A stretch of 64,000 bases of DNA. Origin: an uncultured virus (IMG/VR IMGVR_UViG_3300033141_004958). Lineage: Duplodnaviria; Heunggongvirae; Uroviricota; Caudoviricetes. Positions 57,257 to 64,000 of this stretch are shown here, one piece after another (the stretch's first letter is position 1; every line of letters starts with the position of its first letter). A program made the translations under genes and the position numbers. Location: the IMG/VR virus record IMGVR_UViG_3300033141_004958, one strand, 5' to 3'. The notes beneath the pieces were generated by a model that searched no databases, had not been told where the DNA came from, and was given only the letters and a program-made list of their open reading frames with translations.

Positions 57257-57619
57257 TTATTCCTCATGAGATTGTTTTTGCTCTTTAATAATTTTGAATA
57301 TTTCAGCTAAGTATACAGGCTTAATAATTTTTATAACCCGGTCTTCGTCATATGCCAATTCGAATGGATCAATAATTGAATTAAATAGATAAATGAACCA
57401 CCAGAGGTTTGGCGTACCATAATATTCATTTGCTATTAAATCCCATCGTTTTGCAAGATGTGTCGGCACAACAAATTCATCATAGTATTTAATATCTCCG
57501 ACATATCGTTCAATAACTTCATATACATTCCATATATCATAGATTTTTATATCATCATAGGATATTACCGGAAATAAATTACTCATCTTGGTGGTGTTTG
57601 CCACTTTTATGTACCTCAC
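57257..57619 (-). CDS. gp53: Baseplate wedge LysM-like subunit
   Basis: RWDLIA..YYG...LWW.I...N.I.DPF; I....P.Y. Confidence 0.85.
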   Translation of the reverse strand: MRYIKVANTTKMSNLFPVISYDDIKIYDIWNVYEVIERYVGDIKYYDEFVVPTHLAKRWDLIANEYYGTPNLWWFIYLFNSIIDPFELAYDEDRVIKIIKPVYLAEIFKIIKEQKQSHEE

Positions 57620-58953
57620 CTATAATGATCAAATCCTCGATCCGTCGGCATTGGCTCAGTGCCGGACCTCACCTCGACTGGCTTTGGTCGTTCTATTTGT
57701 CTAATTTGAACTTTGCTTTCCTTTGATTGTACGCTCTTCAAAATATCATCTCTAAACATTGGTACCAGACTTGTAAACGTAACATTCACCTCTGCCCATA
57801 ATGGATATCCAGCCAACACCATATTTTCTTTATCAAATACCGAAATTCGTTTGCGTTTGTCCTGTTGATTAAGTGCGCGCTCGATAAGTTTAGATCCCAG
57901 TCTGCCCGCAGTACCCGCATATTTATTAATTTCTTCAAGATATCGAGTTCCGATGCGTTCGGCTCCTCGTATTAAAGTCCGTTTACTTCGCTTTGATGAT
58001 GTATGTGACATGGCATTTGCATAGGCGCGCCAAGGACCATGATATGTAGTTTCAATTGCCGTAATCGCGCAACGTTCTAAATCTAAAATTTGGTTTGAAA
58101 AACTAATTGACCAATAACATGGTGCAACCCAAGATACGAAACTGTAAGTATCGATGGATGCTGCGGCAGAACGCCTAAGAAAATTATATATTACTTGAAG
58201 ATTAGATTTTGTTCCATCCGAATCCGTTGAACCCAGTGCGGATTCTATGGAATCCATAATATCTTGCATTTTGTTTTTGATGGTATTTATAATTTGATAA
58301 TCTATTTTAGATGGATATGACAATGCACTCAATATAGTTGCCGGAACAACAACATCAAAAAGTGGATCCGATGTAGCAATTAGAACCAATGGAACTGTAA
58401 TTTCTATTGGTTCACTTTCCGAATATGCTTTTGGTCTTACAATTCTACCGCCTCTAACATCCGATGTTATACCGTTTGCAATAGCAAGGCCCCAATGCCC
58501 CCAACCTATTAATTTATCTAGAATTGCCATTCCCATCGAATCTTTATCTTCCCAAGAATGCGAATGTGATATTGCAATTTCTGCTGCATTTACTAAACAA
58601 ATATAAGTTCCTATAGATCGCTTTTTATTATAAACCGTATTAAGCATTGATTGACTGGTAACATTTTCTTTAGTAGAGCTGCGTTCGGCTTCTAGATTTT
58701 CTATATTAATTTGTCGCCATGCAGAAACTGATGTTGCTGGATCATATACTTTTCCTCGTAGCCAACAAAACGAATCTTCACCATATTCCCTATATAGTTT
58801 ATCAACCAAACCATTGTTTTGTGGAATTTTGAAGAAGAATCCTTTATCTTGTCCTGTTAGATCAAAGGTTTTGATAGATTCCCCACTACTTGTTGTTTGT
58901 TCTGATGTGGTAACTCCAATTGCACCACCAGGGGATATTGTTGGTAATAACAT
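57616..58953 (-). CDS. Tail tube initiator/cap (gp48/gp54-like)
   Basis: P.YW.I.F....L..CAIT.I...Y and GYP....V..TF; position after the tape measure. Confidence 0.55.
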   Translation of the reverse strand: MLLPTISPGGAIGVTTSEQTTSSGESIKTFDLTGQDKGFFFKIPQNNGLVDKLYREYGEDSFCWLRGKVYDPATSVSAWRQINIENLEAERSSTKENVTSQSMLNTVYNKKRSIGTYICLVNAAEIAISHSHSWEDKDSMGMAILDKLIGWGHWGLAIANGITSDVRGGRIVRPKAYSESEPIEITVPLVLIATSDPLFDVVVPATILSALSYPSKIDYQIINTIKNKMQDIMDSIESALGSTDSDGTKSNLQVIYNFLRRSAAASIDTYSFVSWVAPCYWSISFSNQILDLERCAITAIETTYHGPWRAYANAMSHTSSKRSKRTLIRGAERIGTRYLEEINKYAGTAGRLGSKLIERALNQQDKRKRISVFDKENMVLAGYPLWAEVNVTFTSLVPMFRDDILKSVQSKESKVQIRQIERPKPVEVRSGTEPMPTDRGFDHYR

Positions 58954-58964
58954 CTATATCTCCA

Positions 58965-60476
58965 TTATCGATTCGAGTCTAATATTGGCAATTGCCTACC
59001 AATATATATTGAATTATTGTCGGTTAAATTATTACCAACTGGTACTGGTACAACTAATGGATGAAATGTCCCGGCCTCTTTCGCGCCTTCTCGTGCGCCA
59101 TTTCGGGCAGATTCCGCTACACTATTAGCCAATTCCTCTGGAGAAATATGCAGAGTTTGAATAGCCTCCAATATAGCTTCCCGGTCTTCCGGAGAAAGTT
59201 GCATATAATTTCGGCCGCGGCCTTCTTTAAGATATACCCAATAATTGGGTCGTATGCCCCATTCCTTTGGTACTCCAGGTATTAGATTTTCTGATAACAT
59301 ACGTACAAGGGATTGGTCCAGGGGCTCGCCTGGCTTGATGTTTAATGACTCAAGTATTTCTTGACCTTGCCTGTCGGCTATTAAGCCTCTTGTGGCTTGT
59401 CTATTTAAATTGAGAGCTGTCTGTATAGCACTAAATTTTGATAAACCACTCTCCATCAGGGCATAGACGAGCATATTTAAAAAATCTTCATCTTTAAATA
59501 AACGTGGATTCTCTCTATATGTACGATGGGCAATAGCCAGCGCCTTTGATGGTGTTTCGGCTCTTCTTATTCTATTAAGCGGTTTCTTAATTTCTATAGC
59601 TTGAATACCAGGTATCATTAAAGCTATATTATATAAAGCGGCATCAATGCCAGAAATAATATTATACATGCGCGAGAAAAAAGATATTAGTACTGGAACA
59701 GTCTCCTTAAGAATATCCCACCCTTGAGTAAGAGCCCATTTCCCAAAGTCAGCTATATCGGCTGCTATAGGCTTTATATATTGATTCCAAAATTTAGGAA
59801 TATCCTCTTCGATAAACTTTACTATCCGATTTGTAATGTCTTCCCAATTAAGTTCATTAAGATATTTCACCATACCATGGAATTTTTTGCTAAAGAACTC
59901 ACTAATTTTATCCCAATATGTATATATAGTTGCGGCCACTAACCCCAATGCAAAGAGTGTTAGAGTTCCTATTACTAGTATAGGAATAAGTGCTACAGTT
60001 AGCGTGGCAACCGCCGATGCAATAGTAGTAATGATAAGCGGTATCATTGTAACCAAATATGTAAATATGCTACCAATTCTCGCAAAAATGCCACGTTTTT
60101 TATCATTTATATCAGACTTAATACCCGCAATCTCTAATTTCAATTTAGCTACAACTCCACCAAATACTTTATCATTGCTTTCTTTAATAACAGTGGTTAC
60201 TTTCTCAGTGGCTTCATAGAGGGATTTGGTATCATCGGCCATCTTTGATAATACTTTATCTATTTCCATAGCAAGATTGGCCTTATCCTCGGCTTCTAAT
60301 TTCTGCACCCATTTTGGCATTTCGGTATCTTTAACAGCATCGATTGCAGCTTGATGAACGCTCTCCGCAAGTTGTTTGGCAAGAGCCTCTTGCTCCTCTT
60401 TTGATGGCCCTTTAAATATATCTACAAGAGCTGCAAAGGCTTCTTTGGTTTCATTTTGTTCATCGCGTTTTAGCAT
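58965..60476 (-). CDS. Tape measure protein (gp29-like)
   Basis: Helical, central hydrophobic TM-like segment followed by W-spaced repeats; located after the gp26/gp51 genes. Confidence 0.65.
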   Translation of the reverse strand: MLKRDEQNETKEAFAALVDIFKGPSKEEQEALAKQLAESVHQAAIDAVKDTEMPKWVQKLEAEDKANLAMEIDKVLSKMADDTKSLYEATEKVTTVIKESNDKVFGGVVAKLKLEIAGIKSDINDKKRGIFARIGSIFTYLVTMIPLIITTIASAVATLTVALIPILVIGTLTLFALGLVAATIYTYWDKISEFFSKKFHGMVKYLNELNWEDITNRIVKFIEEDIPKFWNQYIKPIAADIADFGKWALTQGWDILKETVPVLISFFSRMYNIISGIDAALYNIALMIPGIQAIEIKKPLNRIRRAETPSKALAIAHRTYRENPRLFKDEDFLNMLVYALMESGLSKFSAIQTALNLNRQATRGLIADRQGQEILESLNIKPGEPLDQSLVRMLSENLIPGVPKEWGIRPNYWVYLKEGRGRNYMQLSPEDREAILEAIQTLHISPEELANSVAESARNGAREGAKEAGTFHPLVVPVPVGNNLTDNNSIYIGRQLPILDSNR

Positions 60477-60489
60477 TATATATTATATC

Positions 60490-60708
60490 CTATTTGAGAC
60501 GATATATAGTTCCCAAAGATGGAATTTTACTACGACGCTTTATTGTAGATATTTTATTATCCATATTTTTTGTAGCCTTCTCTAATTCACGTTTCTCATT
60601 TGCTATTTCCATCAATATCAATTCATACAAACTAAACGCCTCATATACCGGCATATTATCAATCTCATTGAACGATATATTTCGAGTAGATGAAATAAAG
60701 TACTTCAT
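60490..60708 (-). CDS. gp51: Baseplate hub assembly protein (gp51-like)
   Basis: SFNEIDNMPVYE...Y..L; overlaps the gp26 3' end in the +1 frame. Confidence 0.7.
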   Translation of the reverse strand: MKYFISSTRNISFNEIDNMPVYEAFSLYELILMEIANEKRELEKATKNMDNKISTIKRRSKIPSLGTIYRLK

Positions 60709-60775
60709 CTTAAATATATCTGAAGCCCGAATACCGGCTGAAATAATATCATATATATTAAGAGATGAACTATTA

Positions 60776-61594
60776 TCAAACGGCCGAACGAAAAAAGCGC
60801 GATAAGTCCTGTGTAAAGCGCACATCGACTTCTATTTCATTACCGCATGACTTACATAATGTATTTACTTTTGTTCGAATGCCATATTCCCGTAAGTCAA
60901 GAATATATTGTTCAAGCGCTTCTCTCGCATCACCGCTTAAAACATCTAATAGTTTGATTTTTTGTTGGAGTGTAAATGGGATATACTCTTCACTATCTTT
61001 TGGTTTCCACCCTTCTAATACAGACAGATATCCTGCAAATAAGATATCAAACATAGAGCGTGCTGCTCCGGTTTCGAGTTTAGGGTTCTGATATAGAAAT
61101 TGTTCTATTTCCACTTCTTTTCGTCGGGTGGGTGGAGTGAGTATAATAGTAGTATCGACAGACCTCAGAGGCAATTCCCGCATAAATATATCCGTCGTTC
61201 CTTCAGGTGATTTTGTCGATAGTTCTAAGATTGATAATTTAATTTCATTATCTGTTTGACATTGTGAACAAACCCCACGCAATACTATATCATCTGATTT
61301 TGAATATGCCTTTAACATTAATAATAAATACTCTCTATCAAAAATATACATATCCAAAACATCATCACAACCTTCAATTATACATTTTCGGAAAAGAGCA
61401 TCAATCGCTTTATTCGCAACCCTAATATCACCATCTTCAAACGCTTTTATTATAGACATAAAATCCTTAGTGGTCATAGCCTTAATTGTAATTGATTCGC
61501 CGCTGAATGGCAATGTTATAATATGTTCAGGATACTCTACCTCGGTATATTGCTTCAAAATTTTATCAAACGCACCATTGGTATTTTGTTGCAT
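60776..61594 (-). CDS. gp26: Baseplate hub assembly chaperone
   Basis: ITLP.SG..I.....T.KD; FDREYL.L.L...S; C..C; C..CG; terminal FF. Confidence 0.88.
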   Translation of the reverse strand: MQQNTNGAFDKILKQYTEVEYPEHIITLPFSGESITIKAMTTKDFMSIIKAFEDGDIRVANKAIDALFRKCIIEGCDDVLDMYIFDREYLLLMLKAYSKSDDIVLRGVCSQCQTDNEIKLSILELSTKSPEGTTDIFMRELPLRSVDTTIILTPPTRRKEVEIEQFLYQNPKLETGAARSMFDILFAGYLSVLEGWKPKDSEEYIPFTLQQKIKLLDVLSGDAREALEQYILDLREYGIRTKVNTLCKSCGNEIEVDVRFTQDLSRFFRSAV

Positions 61595-61639
61595 ATCAAT
61601 GCCTTTCTAATATAGGTTAACAAAAACGTTAATTGGATA

Positions 61640-62212
61640 TTATATGCTTACCGATGCAGCTGCAGCAAAACCCGTATCATCTTGAGCTGTCCAATATGCA
61701 TATGAAAATGTTACATCAAATTCCTCAGGACCGGTCTCTTCTTGGCTTAATGCAATTTCACCCACTGTTGCGGGCCATGCTTGCACCAACCGAATCGAAG
61801 TAATAAAAGTACCATCTCTATGCAATTGATGAACTTTAACATTATCTGATAGATATTGCGATGGAGATCCATATTCCAATTCAGCTGGATTATAACAACG
61901 GTCTTGCCATTCTAATAACGCATTGCGCAATGCATGTGCGGCATCCGCCATAAGCGTAACTGTCCAATCATCATATGTTGGATTGCCTGGTAATCTAAGC
62001 CTTAATCCTTGAAATGGTATTTCAACTAATTCTAAAGTTCTTGGTGGTAGTGTTGTTGCACGCGCATATATACTCTGTGATATAGCATCCCATTCACCAC
62101 CTAATCCTTCAGGCGGAGCAATCTCAATCAAAAATAAATTTGGTCGAGCAAAATCCTTAACTTCATCCGAAAATCGTTTTGGCGTAAAACCTGCAATGCC
62201 TGCCATTGGCAC
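61640..62212 (-). CDS. gp19: Tail tube protein
   Basis: ARPNLF.IEI; A..LP......EIPF.G....LPG..TY.DWTVT; AWP..VGEI.L; EEFDVTF.Y.YW. Confidence 0.95.
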   Translation of the reverse strand: MPMAGIAGFTPKRFSDEVKDFARPNLFLIEIAPPEGLGGEWDAISQSIYARATTLPPRTLELVEIPFQGLRLRLPGNPTYDDWTVTLMADAAHALRNALLEWQDRCYNPAELEYGSPSQYLSDNVKVHQLHRDGTFITSIRLVQAWPATVGEIALSQEETGPEEFDVTFSYAYWTAQDDTGFAAAASVSI

Positions 62213-62226
62213 TATCCTCCTAAATT

Positions 62227-64000
62227 TTAATCTGTCACAATTTCTGAGAATTCAATACCAGTTGCCGTGGCAATAAAAGTCAGATTGATTATCTTAATGG
62301 CATGAACTGGTTTAATATAAATATCTACAACTAATTCACCATTATCTACGACGGATGCTGGATTATTTGTTTCATTACAAATAACATTATAGTCGGTGAT
62401 TCCTCGCTTACCCTGAATTAATGATAGATAGTGATCTATTTGCGTTACCAGTCGGGAGCGAGTAAATACATCGTTTAGCAAAAATAGAAAATCTTCAGCA
62501 AAATCGCGAATGGATTTTTCTATTTCGATAAATAGACGTCGAATATTAATCTCTCTGAAAGCACCATATGATGTTGACATTGTCCTAAAGCCATATATCA
62601 TTACGCCCTTATCATTCTTAATAATAGGATTAATTCTATTTTGATATAGAGCATCACGTCTCGTTAGTTTAGGATTAACTTTAACATCTACTACATTTTC
62701 TATGATACCTCGAGGATTGCCCGCAGGTGCCCACCATAGAGATTCAAGTCTATCATTTTTAACATAAGCGCCGGCCACATAACCAGCAACAGGCACCCAC
62801 TTATATTCATTTATATAGATATCATATATCTTAAAATAGTTACCATATATGGCAGCATAATTTGAATTAATATTTAATGTATTAGATACATAATCGCTCA
62901 TTGATGAAATTGGATATGCTGCTTCGGTATATGTTTTGGGCATCGACAATATAACAAACATATCTTTTCTTTCTTCAGCGATTGACACCAATTGTTGTTT
63001 CATAACATCGGCCAATCCTGGATCAATTAAGAGATCTACATCAAAATCTTCATTATTTGCTATTTCAGAATCAGATACCGAAATCATATTCGCTGTTGGT
63101 AGTGTATTTCGGTCATCAAGGCCGCCGCCCAGAGCAGTTTTAGGGAATGATACCGCATTTACACCAGTAGCAACATCATCACCTGCTATAAATACATTGA
63201 TGTAGTTTGAACTATCATTAACTACATTCTTCGCAAATAAACTTTCGTTTCTCCAATCCTTTTCATTGGGATCTGTGGAGCATAGAAAATGCTCGGCTAA
63301 ATTATCATTTTCATCGTATACCAAAAGAACAAATTGTGTTGTTGTTTCCGGACCTGGTTCCCTTGTATATTCACCTAATCGCGTAATATCAACATCATAT
63401 GTAGAACTATTGATAACATCATCTTTTAGTAATGAACTACTAAGATCACCGCTTGTTGACCAGGTATAAGTATTTCCATCGGTTCCTATTCCAGATGTTG
63501 ATGCACTACCGGTATAGAAAGCTTCGCCTATTAATTTTTCATGTGCGGTGCTTGTAGCTTCTGATATCGACGTGCGAAGGGCATTCAATGTATCCCAATC
63601 TGTTTTGTTTATTCCCACAACGTCAATATCATTATAGAATGACCCGGTGCCTATGGCTGAGATATATAATAATTCTTCGACACCCGTCAAATCATCCATA
63701 TCGGAATATTCTAGCGGAAAATCATCCGGTTCGATTAGGAGGTGGGTTCCGGCTACTGCACCCGCTGATGTTGGAACGGTTGTTGACCCGCTTGTATCAA
63801 CAACCATGGTTGCGGCGCGGGCATTATCCCCTTCGCAACGGATGAAATATAATGTATTACCGTGATTGAAATATCCCTTGGCCGAATAATATGAATTTGA
63901 TGTAGTTTCAATAGAAGTGCCACCGCCGGCTGACGGCGACGCCGAATTCGTGGTTGTATCGGGTTTACCAAAGGTATCAACAAAATCTTGTTCATTAGTA
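62227..64000 (-). CDS. gp18: Tail sheath protein, 5' partial
   Basis: WWAPAG..RG.I; RD.LY...INPI; G.RT; INIRRLF; ICNETNNP..V.D; IYIKP...I..I.L.F; the frame continues to the right edge (FVDTFGKP). Confidence 0.96.
   Translation of the reverse strand, partial: TNEQDFVDTFGKPDTTTNSASPSAGGGTSIETTSNSYYSAKGYFNHGNTLYFIRCEGDNARAATMVVDTSGSTTVPTSAGAVAGTHLLIEPDDFPLEYSDMDDLTGVEELLYISAIGTGSFYNDIDVVGINKTDWDTLNALRTSISEATSTAHEKLIGEAFYTGSASTSGIGTDGNTYTWSTSGDLSSSLLKDDVINSSTYDVDITRLGEYTREPGPETTTQFVLLVYDENDNLAEHFLCSTDPNEKDWRNESLFAKNVVNDSSNYINVFIAGDDVATGVNAVSFPKTALGGGLDDRNTLPTANMISVSDSEIANNEDFDVDLLIDPGLADVMKQQLVSIAEERKDMFVILSMPKTYTEAAYPISSMSDYVSNTLNINSNYAAIYGNYFKIYDIYINEYKWVPVAGYVAGAYVKNDRLESLWWAPAGNPRGIIENVVDVKVNPKLTRRDALYQNRINPIIKNDKGVMIYGFRTMSTSYGAFREINIRRLFIEIEKSIRDFAEDFLFLLNDVFTRSRLVTQIDHYLSLIQGKRGITDYNVICNETNNPASVVDNGELVVDIYIKPVHAIKIINLTFIATATGIEFSEIVTD

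Noticed and set aside
63753..63995. Separate 80-aa ORF upstream of the tail sheath gene
   Set aside because: The sheath reading frame continues through this region to the window edge
1..64000. Prophage boundary, integrase, transposase or host chromosome segment
   Set aside because: No recombinase or IS is recognisable and there is no run of host housekeeping genes; the whole window reads as phage
1..64000. Archaeal virus
   Set aside because: The tmRNA and the sigma70 -35/-10 promoters indicate a bacterial host

Overview
This window is a fragment of a large T4-like (myovirus) bacteriophage genome. It is mostly AT-rich with a few GC-rich blocks. Sigma70-type promoters, Shine-Dalgarno sites and a tmRNA point to a bacterial host. 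The left ~33 kb (+ strand) is accessory/early territory: a glycan-modification cluster (glycosyltransferases, methyltransferases, sulfotransferase), queE plus a degenerate queC, a complete tmRNA (tag ADNSNYRMAA, non-canonical T-loop), an HAD nucleotidase, a MazG-like protein, an Rnl2 RNA ligase, an AAA/DUF3150/DUF2201-VWA module, a tandem array of eight paralogous genes carrying 150 in-frame nonapeptide repeats, octapeptide-repeat genes, and tRNA-Ile plus a broken tRNA-Ala. The right ~31 kb (- strand) is a late region. It holds T4-like tail sheath, tube, baseplate and portal genes and a 1440-aa tail protein with a glycoside-hydrolase-like C-terminus. It also holds a mucin-like (T5AAP)7 tail protein encoded next to a ppGalNAc-transferase-like glycosyltransferase, and a family of small putative internal head proteins. 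The best candidates for undescribed systems are the mucin/GT27-like virion O-glycosylation module and the hypervariable beta-solenoid gene array. All product calls come from motif recognition by eye; no searches were run.
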